Shown piece after piece: positions 13,580 through 24,709 of a stretch of DNA of 64,000 nt. Source of the stretch: Octopus sinensis (taxonomy: Eukaryota); assembly GCF_006345805.1 (NCBI RefSeq), contig NC_043010.1:15128001-15192000 (forward strand), written 5' to 3'. Below the pieces are notes generated by a model. That model was not told the DNA's origin. It did not search any database and saw only the letters and a program-made list of their open reading frames with translations. A program made the position numbers and the translations under genes. Numbering within the stretch: position 1 is the first letter of the stretch; the number at the start of each line of letters is the position of its first letter.

Positions 13580-13932
13580 TGTATGTGTGTGTGTGTGTTA
13601 AACCATCACAGCTATTAAAACATTTTATGAAAATTTTGAAATATCAAATGATTTGTTTTCTGTAATTGTTCACAATATAAAACCAAACTACTTACGTCAA
13701 AAATTCATTTTTGCTTACAAGAATTGTCTGGTTCTGAAAGCATCTCTTCTAAAGTAATAAGTTGCTAAAAATATCGATTGAAATATGGTATTAGTCCATC
13801 AGATATATAAAATGCATAGTTTGTTTTAATTAAGGCCATTATATTTGGCGTTTATCACGTGATATTAATTTTCATGTGCATGAAGTGTTTGCAATATATA
13901 TATGTACACAATATATATAGGCAATATATATA

Positions 13933-14163
13933 GGCGGCGAGCTGGCAGAAACGTTAGCACGCCGGGCGAAATGCGTAGCCGTATTTCGTCTGCCGCTACG
14001 TTCTGAGTTCAAATTCCGCCGAGGTCGACTTTGCCTTTCATCCTTTCGGGGTCGATAAATTAAGTACCAGTTACGCACTGGGATCGATGTAATCGATTTA
14101 ATCCGTTTGTCTGTCTTTGTTTGTCCTCTCTGTGTTTAGCCCCTTGTGGGTAGTAAAGAAATA
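13933..14163 (+). mobile_element. tRNA-derived SINE, family A (Nin-domain-like core)
   Basis: GGCGGCGAGCTGGCAGAA...GAGTTCAAATTCC...GCCTTTCATCCTTTCGGGGTCGATAAATTAAGTACC. Domain name is from recall of Nin-SINE cores. Confidence 0.75.
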
Positions 14164-14572
14164 TATATAGGTACACTCCTTTCCTTCAGGACATATCAAT
14201 AAACAAAATAATACAATTAGAGAGCAATATTTGATGCATTTAAAGCATTGTTATATTGCTATAATCCGTTCTTTAATCTGTTGTTATTAAGACCTAGGTA
14301 TAAAACGATTACTTATCTTTTTCTCTAACTTTTGCTTCATATTATGAAAAACTAGGTATCGTCCAGCTGGTGATAAACGTTTGTGTTTCTGTTGAATTGT
14401 CGTTTTCACAAGTCAAAGAAGCAGTGGAACTGCAGAAACGAGAGAGGAACGAGAGAGATTTGCGTTTCTAACGAAACGATTTATATCCTGTATAACAGAA
14501 ACCAAAACGGTGTAATCATCGGTTCTACTTTAGGAAGTGCATTTGGGATTTTCCACATGACTACTATGCATG

Positions 14573-14992
14573 TTGGGTTGTCCGGAAAGTACGTGTCGAT
14601 TTTTAAAGGAAAGAAAAAGGTCAATAAATATTTGCCATTACATTGCACAATGCGTCTCCATCTTTCCTTTAACTTGAAAATACCCTCTTCCCAGAATTGA
14701 GATGGATTCATGGCAAACAATTCATTAAGGTATCTTTTTACGTCATCCAAGGAATTGAAATTTTTATCATTAAGACTATTCTGCAGAGACCTGAATAAGT
14801 GGAAATCCGAAGGAGCAATATCTGGTGAATATGGAGGGTGGGGTAACACATCCCAGCCAAGCTGCAACAATTTTTGTCTCGTTCTCGAAGCATCAAGTGC
14901 CGAAAATGAACTTTCTTATCTTCCATTTTAAAGGGTTACAGAATTAACACAAATTATAGGAACATAAACCTTCTTCCACGAAAAGATAGCTT
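14573..14992 (-). mobile_element. Second copy of the same deleted mariner, truncated
   Basis: ORF 14481-14870 WDVLPHPPYSPDIAPSDFHLFRSLQN; N-terminus MEDKKVHFRHLML in ORF 14738-14926; one TIR. Confidence 0.85.
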
Positions 14993-14993
14993 A

Positions 14994-15274
14994 TGTCGCT
15001 TGAATTAATTTATATTGTGGGCAGAAGCGAGCTACTGCCATCTCTAGCAGACAAGGTATCCAGTACTGATGATAGGCTGAATTATCCCGAAACCAGATTG
15101 GTATGCTGGTCCCGCCTCTAGAAGGTGGTAGGAGTTCGTTCCCCTGCTCATAATATATCGGATGCAGCTGTGCATTGTTAACCAGCTAGAGAGAGAGAGA
15201 GATGTCATCTTGGGGTTAAAAACTGCAATAAAGTCCGTTCGAACGGAACAGCCATGTTGAGGTGGCTACGAACA
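14994..15274 (+). mobile_element. LTR-like / pLTR-like segment containing the hammerhead
   Basis: Starts TGT, ends ACA, has AATAAA at 15227-32 and a (GA)n run. Abuts a truncated mariner. No convincing TSD. Confidence 0.35.
15060..15109 (+). ncRNA. Type I hammerhead ribozyme motif
   Basis: Stem I CCAGTA (15060-65) pairs with TGCTGG (15104-09). Core CTGATGA 15066-72, imperfect stem II 15074-88, GAAA 15089-92. Stem III ACC/GGT with AGATT loop; GUA cleavage triplet ends at 15103. Confidence 0.75.
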
Positions 15275-16236
15275 TTATATGCTTATTTGATTATAGGAAA
15301 AGCAATTATAAGTAATTCAGACGTTATTTATTATTGAAATATTTAAATGCTTTTCTATTTTTATGGGAACATTTCGACGTAAGGCTGGTTCTATTAATGT
15401 ACACTGTGTGTGTGTGTGTGTGCGTGTGTGTATGTGTGAATGTACGCTCGTACGTATGTGTGTATGTATGTATATGTGTATATGTGTGTGTATATAAGCA
15501 AACGTATGTATATACAAGTATGCACTTATACACACATATATTTTAAAATTTATAAGCACAAAAACATACAAATATGTCGTTGTGAATTTTCATATCCTTA
15601 TGTGTAAAACCACTGCAAATACATTCGCCGATGGAATATAATTTCTTTCTTGTAACATCCTATGCTACTTTATTTGACTTAAATAATTTCGCATTACCGA
15701 TTTGTCGCCACGTGTTTTCACTTATGATTATGATGCTACTTACTCGTCGTTTCGATTCTTACCTTGATGAATTTTCTGTTCGTCGTACAAACTTTTTTCT
15801 CTCGTGATAAACTATCTAGTTTGGTTCAATTTTTCGTCATCTTAGTTCTACAGTGCGATTTAATGTGTCCTGTGTTCCCACAACGAAAACACTTTGTTTT
15901 TTTTTGAACAGGTACTTTTGCTTCGGGTGCCTACCACCGCATGTTATACATGGGTTTATTACACACATGTGAGTGAGAACACTTTGAGATATTTTTGGTA
16001 TCTAACATATGTCAGATACTGCGAGCGCTGCTTCTGATTGGTCAATCCATGGTGATGACCCGAGGTCACGGTGACAGCGCTGCTTCTGATGGGTCAATTC
16101 ATGGTGATGACCCGAGGTCACGGTGACGGCACTACTGTTGTCACTCATAAGTTACAACTAAACGTGAAGAATTTAGTTATTGGGTTAATAAAATATTCGT
16201 GTTTATTCGTGTGTAATAAATAAAATACCAAACTCA

Positions 16237-16300
16237 TTCCCTATGGATACCGTATTTATTACAACTTGTGGCTTGTAATAAATACGGTATCCATAGGGAA
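16237..16300. repeat. Perfect 28-bp hairpin (imperfect extension 16216-16323)
   Basis: TTCCCTATGGATACCGTATTTATTACAA, 8-nt loop, reverse complement. Confidence 0.9.
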
Positions 16301-16689
16301 CTCGTTTGGTATTCTCTATTTATCTCCTGTTGTATATCGTGTTGTTTATTTCCTGTTGTATATCGTTTGTGAAGCGATCTCTGCGTTGAATTTCTTGCGT
16401 CGTGCGTTACGTTTAATATCATATCGCACTCTTCTGGTAGTTATATCCTGGTTCATTTCCAAATTTGCGAAAATTTTCGCTCTGATTTCTCCGTCCTTTA
16501 TAGCAGTAAGACCCTGAATGAGTCTGGAGTTAGTTTATCCATTCTTGAATGAGGTAGAATTTGTTGCTGTAACAATTGTTGATGTTTCTAGAGTTGCTGT
16601 TTCTGCAACTCAACTAGACCCTCTAACAACTTTTGCAAAATTCTATAAATTTTTCAAAACATATATACAACAAAAAAGTTTCTTACTTT

Positions 16690-17108
16690 AGATCTTTTCG
16701 TTTTGAACGGCAGTTTTTAACATAATTTCTAGGTAACTAAAAAATGTTAAACTCCGTATACTGGTAGAATGTGTTTATAAAACATCTTTTTCTCTTAGCT
16801 TTACTGAGAAAATTCTATAGTTTGTAAAATATTTGTTGTTTTTTTCTTCAATTTCTGAAATTTCAACCAATCAATGACGTCCATTGAGGTAAAATGATTC
16901 TGTGCCGTATGAATATGTCCCTCGTTTAAGAAACAGATGGGGTTTATTCACATTTGTGAAGAAAAAAAAGATACCCTTCCCCCCACCCTTAACGCTAACC
17001 CTAATCCTAAAAGAGATTGAAATGAAATAGATCGATTCTTGGGTCATAATTATGGGTGACAATTTCATATGACACTAGAAAAAACTGCCGCTCAAACCGA
17101 AAAGATCC
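16690..17108. mobile_element. Same MITE family, opposite orientation
   Basis: Same TIRs and interior in reverse complement. TSD CTTACTTT / CTTACTTC. Confidence 0.8.
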
Positions 17109-18395
17109 CTTACTTCTCTGTTGAGTTTTTGATATCTCCACGTGAAAATTTTTTCATTGTCGTCCCCGTGAATTGTTTCTTTTCTCGTGAAAATCGTTTT
17201 TCTTCTTCAACGTTAAATTGTTTTATCCTTGTCACTACTGTTATAATCTAAATCCTCGTCCACTTCTTGTACGCTGTTGTCAGCACTGTAATGTTCTTGT
17301 CTCCACTATAGTGTTGTGGCGCTATTCTGCGTCTTATTAACGTTGACTCGTTTATCATGCTATCGCTGATTGCTCCGCAAGACAATGACTTTGAACCGTC
17401 TACCTTGACGGTAACTCGAACTTGTATATATCACGTAACTGGCACTGACTCCAACTGAGAACTAGTACAACGAATCTACTACTACTGACTCCCTACAACG
17501 ACTGACTATTTGACTTTATAGTGGCTGACACATACCACTTCGTCACATAAAACGTGGGGAGGGAAGTACCATTTTTACTACAACAAAAACTTAAAGACGA
17601 AGGAACCAACTACGAAATTAAATAGAAAATCTATTCCAAAACCAAACCCTATGTTAACGAATCAGAAAGATGCTCAATATGCTCTCTCGAAAAGCTATAT
17701 CTCTGAGTGTACTTGAGAGCCTCATACCACTTTTTCACGTGGGATGGTAAGAACCATTTTCACTACAACAGAAACCTAAAGACGACAGAACCAACTCCGA
17801 AATTAAATAGATCTTTTCCAAAACCAAAAATCAGAAAGATGTTCAATATGCTCTCTCAATGTACTTGAGAACCTCCAACGTCTACGTAAATTCCAGGATT
17901 GAAATTTTGTTTTCATGTTCGAATTTTAAGAAATTCGGGAAATTAAAAGTAGGCTACATCACATAATAAACCATTTATATCTTGTTTACGTGTTTTGTGT
18001 TTTACATTTATTTATCGTAAGGCTGGTTATCTTCCCTATGTTTTTTCTTTCTCTTTTCTTCCTTATGAACGTTCCCTATCCAAACATCATCTGATTTAAA
18101 ACCAACCGAGAACTGGTATTGTTCACAGCTTGAAAAGTGACGAAATAAATAAATGTTTCGGCTCTGAAACCCTGGGTAGCTGTATTTCACAAGACTTGTG
18201 GTTTTCATAGCTTTCACCAAATCGATGTTGTCTGAACATGTGCACGATGCACCAGGCTTCAAGTGTCGAAGTAATCGCTGAGCAACGTGAGATGAAGTGT
18301 TTTGTTCAAGAACATTACGTACCAACCAGGCTAGGAATGGAAACCACAATATCGCGATGGTGAGTGCAACGACTGAACCACGAGACCTATCACCC

Positions 18396-18448
<53 letters not shown>

Positions 18449-18451
<3 letters not shown>

Positions 18452-18658
18452 ACCGCGTGTGTACCGTTGGCGATTTTTTTCCTCCATCTTCCTTTCTTTG
18501 GATCTTCCTTTCCTATGTTTCTGACGAAGAGCTCCGCTCGAAACGTTAAGTCCGCCTTCTTTCCTTCCTTCCTGAGCGTCCAATAACACTATATTTGTTC
18601 CACCTCCTCGCGTTGTTGTGTTTTCTCTTTGTGTTTTCATGTTTGGATTAACCAACTA
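18449..18658 (+). mobile_element. (TA)n-anchored Penelope-like terminal repeat, family A, with minimal HHR at 18517-18551
   Basis: GTTT-CTGACGA-A-GAGC-TCC-GCTC-GAAAC-GTT-AAGT, then about 105 nt, then (TA)n. Homologous to 28225-28421 and 37180-37345. Confidence 0.7.
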
Positions 18659-18679
18659 TATATATACACACACACACAT

Positions 18680-18711
<32 letters not shown>

Positions 18712-18842
18712 CACAACATACATACATATATGAATGCGAGTTCCCTTCATGTATGCCCATGTCTTCCTCAAAATTTACAAAACGAACACGTTGCTTATCA
18801 TCATCATCATCCTCATCATCATCCTCATCATCATCATCATCA

Positions 18843-18887
<45 letters not shown>

Positions 18888-18924
18888 ATTATTATTATTA
18901 TTATTATTATCATTATCATCATCA

Positions 18925-18979
<55 letters not shown>

Positions 18980-18985
18980 TATCAA

Positions 18986-19036
<51 letters not shown>

Positions 19037-19074
19037 TATTACCGATCTTACATTGAAATTCTGTATAACATTTA

Positions 19075-19174
19075 NNNNNNNNNNNNNNNNNNNNNNNNNN
19101 NNNNNNNNNNNNNNNNNNNNNNNNNNNNNNNNNNNNNNNNNNNNNNNNNNNNNNNNNNNNNNNNNNNNNNNNNN
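19075..19174. other. Assembly gap (100 N)
   Basis: Run of exactly 100 N; contiguity across it is not guaranteed. Confidence 1.
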
Positions 19175-19741
19175 AACAGAGATAATGTGTTAAAGAGTAG
19201 ACAACTTACAGTATTTAACTAACATTTTGTCGACAACGAAGCAATTAAAAGCTACTTGACTCGGTACGATTTGAACTTGAAGAGAAGTGAAGTGGAAGAA
19301 ATACCGCAGGATATTTCTATCAGACGTTCTTAGACACTCCGCCAAATTGCAGCCACATATGTGCATCCTATGCATATAAGAAGTTGTAATAGTCATTTAC
19401 ATGTCATTGGAAAAGAGAGGAACCAGCTGAAATATGAACTGGATGAAATTTGAGTTATGCTAATGTGAAAATGAATTAATTATTTATATTTTTCATTATT
19501 CATTATCATACATATATAATTTATATGCATAATGTTGTTCAGAGTTGTGTCTTCTTCTAAACATCTCTCATATATTTCACTGTGTATCGCTCTCTCCTTT
19601 TTTTCTGTCTGTTTCCTGTTCCGCCACCCTTGTCTCTCTCTCTTACTCGATATATACGATACATACATACATACATATATATATATATAAATTAATTAAC
19701 AAACATATATACGCGTATACACATATACACACTTACATACA

Positions 19742-19808
<67 letters not shown>

Positions 19809-19846
19809 TAGATATGTATATATGCATATATATTTACATATCTTCA

Positions 19847-19908
<62 letters not shown>

Positions 19909-20082
19909 TACATTAATAATACATATATATAATACATATATATATGTATACATAGATACTTACATACATACATACATATTATATATATATATAGTATATA
20001 TATATATATATATATACGTGTATAAATAAAATATATGCATACACTACAACATATATGTACGTAATATATATATATATATATA

Positions 20083-20116
<34 letters not shown>

Positions 20117-20278
20117 CAGGCATGTCATATTTTCCGTTTGTTGTCTTTTCATTTAATTCTGGATATGTGTGTGTGTGCGTGTGTGGCTGTATACATACAT
20201 ATACACCTATAAGTGTTTGTGCGTGTTTATGTGAGCATGAAGAGAGATGCGAGAGAGAGAGTGTGAGAGTGTGTGTGT

Positions 20279-20312
<34 letters not shown>

Positions 20313-20925
20313 AGTTTTGAAGCAGATCTACCATTGAGCAACAGTGTGCATACAAATAATGTTCTTTAATGAATAAATTATATTTTATTTATTTAAGACT
20401 TATCGTACATCTTGATTCATCGTCAAGCTCAGATTTCGCCTATTTTCACTTTTTGCTAACAGAAAGATGACATATTCTTCGCAATGCATGTATGTGTGTA
20501 TATACAGAAATACACACATGTATGCATAAACTGAAGTACACATGTACAGGCATGTGTGTTCAGCAGTTTTATTTTCAAGTTCCGCTTTATAGAATTCAAA
20601 CTTGACGTTAACATCGACATGGCTTCTTAAGATTGAAGCAAGACTGTCCCAGACGTTTGTGAATGTTTGCGTGCGAGTTAGCGCGTTTATAAGTAAATAT
20701 ACTTGTACTTAGATTGTGGGTTTACATGATTCTTCATTAAACAAGTGTATGTGTGCGTGCGCATGCATATGTGCGTGTGTGTGTATGTGTGTTTATGCAA
20801 TATCTATATCTAATTAGTGTGCACATGTAGGCTCCCGGAAGCACAACTAGAGAGTCTCTGTAATGCTTTGGAAATAGTCACAGAGCCATTAATCGGTTGA
20901 CTTTGTTGGATTCCGTTTGCTTTCT

Positions 20926-21155
20926 CTTTTACTCTTTTACTTGTGTCAGTCATTTGACTGCGGCCATGCTGGAGCAGCACCTTTAGTCGAGCAACTCGAC
21001 CCCGGGACTTATTCTTTTGTAAGCCCAGTACTTATTCTATCGGTCTCTTTTTACCGAACCGATAAGTAACGGGGACATAAACACACCAGCACGGTTGTCA
21101 AGCAATGTTAGGGGGACAAACACAGACACACAAAGATACACACACAGACACATAT

Positions 21156-21187
<32 letters not shown>

Positions 21188-21416
21188 CATATATACTACA
21201 GGCTTCTTTCAGTTTCCGTCTACCAAATCCACTAACAAGGCTATGGTCGGCCCGAGGCTATAGTAGAAGACACTTGACCAAGGTGCCACTGCACTGAACC
21301 CGGAATCATGTGATTGGTAAACAAGCTACTTACCACACAGCCACTCCTAGTGGGACTGAACCCGGAATCATGTGATTGGTAAACAATCTACTTACCACAC
21401 AGCCACTCCTGCGCCT
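20926..21416 (-). mobile_element. SINE family B with tandem duplication of its ~58-bp head
   Basis: ACTGAACCCGGAATCATGTGATTGGTAAACAA...CCACTCCT occurs twice in 21292-21410. Confidence 0.8.
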
Positions 21417-21495
21417 ATCTTTACTTTCTTGGAAAAAATCCCGGCGTTTCTAGAATTTTATGCTAATCTTCTGTCACATACCCTCATACCATTAT

Positions 21496-22326
21496 GAAAC
21501 GTTAGCACGCCGGGCGAAATGCTTAGCGGTCTTTCGTCTGCCGCTACGTTCTGAGTTCAAATTCCGCCGAGGTCGACTTTGCCTTTCATCCTTTCGGGGT
21601 CGATAAATTAAGTACCTGTTACGCACTGGAGTCGATATAATCGACTTAATACCTATGTCTGTCCTTGTTTGTCCTCTTTGTGTTTAGCCCCTTGTGGGTA
21701 ATAAAGAAATAGGTAATAACACAAACGGCAATCTAATGGCTACTCATTATTTTATCAGTATTTCACAATTTTCCACAAATTTATACACATTAACATTCTC
21801 AGAGCATAAATTTTGTTCCTCGTCCTGCATAGTAACATTAGTAACTTTTCACTGGATTGCTGTTTTTGTCGGTAAGTATCAACTGCCTTTTTAATTGTAA
21901 AAGGTATACTTACATTCTGATTCTGGTATACTTTTGCTATACTTACCAGAATAATCTGTACTGGAGAGAAAAATATGACTATTTTTGACAATACTGTTAT
22001 ATCTTATGGTAATTGGTATATTCGGGATAAAATGCTTCAATTACTGATGATGTAGGTGCTATCTTCCACCTGGGTGTTGCATAATCAGCATTTTCTGCCA
22101 AGGAAATTGAAGGATACCTTTAGCGACAGGCGAAATGCTCAGTAGTATTTCGTCTGCCGCTACGTTCTGAGTTCAAATTCCGCCGAGTTCGACTTTGCCT
22201 TTCATCCTTCCGGGGTCGATTAAATAAGTACCAGTTACACACTGGGGTCGATATAATCGACTTAATCCGTTTGTCTGTCCTTGTTTCTCCTCTTTGTGTT
22301 TAGCCCCTTGGGGCAGTAAAGAAATA
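21496..22326 (+). mobile_element. Two 5'-truncated SINE family A copies (21496-21713 and 22128-22326)
   Basis: Sequence match to 13933-14163. Confidence 0.75.
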
Positions 22327-22339
22327 TATTTATTAACAA

Positions 22340-22590
22340 GTGGAGGCGTGTGGCTTAGTGGTTAGGTTGTCAGCATCATGAGCGTAAGATTGTGGTTTCG
22401 ATTCCTAGGCCAGGCGACGCGTTGTCTTCTTGAGCAAAACACTTTATTTCACGTTACTCCAGTTCACTCAGCTGGCAAAATGAGTAACGCTGCAATGGAC
22501 TGGTGTCCCGTCCAGCTGGGGAACACATACGCCATTGAAACCGGGAAACCGGGCCCATGAGCCTAGCTAGGCTTTAAAAGGGCGCATTTA
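22340..22590 (+). mobile_element. tRNA-derived SINE, family C (V-domain-like core)
   Basis: A box TGGCTTAGTGG, B box GTTTCGATTCC, core GCAATGGACTGGTGTCCCGTCCAG. Confidence 0.65.
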
Positions 22591-23247
22591 TTTTTTATTT
22601 TATTTATTGATAAGAATTAAAATGCGGTCTCCGGTTCCTGGTTAACGAAGGTTTTTCTATTTTGGACGCTATCTAACAGATCCAAGCAATGTTCCTCTGC
22701 CTTACAATGTTGTCATCCTCTAACTGTAGGATGTGTATATGTTTGTGTATGTATATGTATATGTATATGTATGTGTGTGCATGTATGTATGCATGGATGT
22801 ATGTATTTTTACATACGAAACGTTGCTGAAAAGTTCTTGGTTTTAAGGGTATCACGGATGGTTGGAGATACAACCTTACGAGTTCTATTACAGGGCTAAG
22901 AAATAAGCGTGTATCTGAGAGGTCAATAATTTGAATATAATTATATTTAACTGATCCTCCTGTATATTTTTTATCAACCTCATGCAATGAAGTTTTGAAA
23001 GAAAGATGTTATGAGTGTTTGTTTCTCAAATTTGAAGGTGATAATGTAGGTTTGGACTTTTTTGTGAATTTAGTTCTATGGTGGTACTTTTAATATATGA
23101 CATTGAGGTAAGGATCATTGAGGTAAGGAAAAAATATATGACATTGAGGTAAGCATCATTGAGGTAAGGAAAAAATTATCAGCGACACTGCTAATTGACA
23201 CATTTGACACAGTCTAAATTAGCATAATAGCATAGCCTGGAAAAAAA

Positions 23248-24513
23248 CATGGAATACATCGAAAAATACAAGCAAGAGAAATAATATTGGAAAAGTACAG
23301 GAAAGCTATTACACTTTTCCGCTTAGGAATTATTTCTAAATGTTTTATATTTGTGTAGCAAAACTGCTCCTATGCTGTATTCAGAAGCGTCAGTGGCTAA
23401 AACAATCTCCACTGCAGGATCAAAATGAACCAGAGACAAATCCGAAATTAATGTTTTTTTAAATATCCTGAAACGCCCTTTTACAGTTATTTGACCAATT
23501 CCATTTGGCATCTTTCTTTAGCAAATTGTCAAGTGTAGCTCTCAGTTCATACATGTTGGGTATGTAATTTTGATAATAGTTCACAAGGCCAAAAAAGCTT
23601 GTAATGTTAGTTGGGGGAGGTATATCTTTAATTGCGACTGCCTTTGACAGGTCATGTCGTCTTCCATTTATATCTATAATTTGTCCTAAATAATATTGGA
23701 AAAGTACAGGAAAGCTATTACACTTGGAAACGTTCAGGACAAGTTATTAAATCTGATAAAGTACAGAACAAGAAAATTTGTACTTAAAATATTGCAGCTA
23801 AGGACAATATTTGAATATTAACAATTATTTGATTTTAATTTACAAAGTAACATTATAATTTTAAAATGTACCATCATTTTGTTAAAATATTGACAGGCTA
23901 GAGTACTTAAAAAATGAGAGCCAGAAGCTAAAATTTCGTGCAAAGTAGAATAGTACATATGGTAGGAAAATACATTATGTAAAACATAAGCATTGGGTTA
24001 AGACTAAAAATGTGAAGACTTGGCAATAACTTAGGCAACAACTCAAGAAAATTTTATTGTGAATTTGTTGTTATAGGTAGTAGATTTTACTGTAATATAT
24101 AACGAATTTTTGTATTATTCAAATTATTGTACTAATTATGTACTACTATTTTTTTTATAACCTATTTTCAAATTTCTAATTATTCATTAATAATTTAAAA
24201 AATGAATTTCTAAAAGTTCAAAATATTCTTGAGTTATTTTTTATTCTTAATAGAAGTAACAAGTAAAAACAAATAGAAGTAATAACTTGTAATAAAATGT
24301 TTAATTGTGACAAAAGATTTTTTAAATCTAAATATTTTATTTGAAATTTTATCCTTAGCTGCAATATTTTAAATAAAAATTTAATTTTCTTGTTCTGTAC
24401 TTTACCAGATCTAATAACTTGTCCTGAACATTTCTAGATGTAATAACTTGTCCTGTAATTTTCCAGGTTTATAATCTTAAGAATATTATTTCTCTTGCTC
24501 GCATTTTCCCATG
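23248..24513. mobile_element. AT-rich foldback element with ~170-bp TIRs, interrupted by a Gypsy-derived insert
   Basis: Left arm (23248-23316 plus 23726-23820) is an imperfect reverse complement of 24340-24513. Confidence 0.65.
23317..23692 (-). repeat. Duplicated Gypsy RT-RNase H fragment (copy of 25092-25468)
   Basis: Near-identical to 25092-25468; ORF 23323-23511 contains IVLATDASEYSIGAVLLHKY. Confidence 0.85.
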
Positions 24514-24529
24514 TTATATATATTGTTTC

Positions 24530-24673
24530 TCTCCTTGTTTTTTCTGTGTCCCTTTCTGCAGAAGAGCGTAGGCTCGAAACGTAAAAGACTTTTTCTATTC
24601 CTGAGCGTTATACTAATACATCTGTTTGTTTTGTACACCACCTATCTTCGTCTTTTGTTTTTTCGTAAACTCC

Positions 24674-24676
<3 letters not shown>
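24530..24676 (+). mobile_element. Family B element with variant HHR (24552-24587)
   Basis: CTTT-CTGCAGA-A-GAGC-GTAG-GCTC-GAAAC-GTA-AAAG, then about 90 nt, then (TA)n. Confidence 0.65.

Positions 24677-24707
<31 letters not shown>

Positions 24708-24709
<2 letters not shown>

Noticed and set aside
17130-17546. Possible solo LTR (TGTGACG start on the minus strand, TATAAA)
   Set aside because: No second end, PBS, PPT or TSD could be identified.
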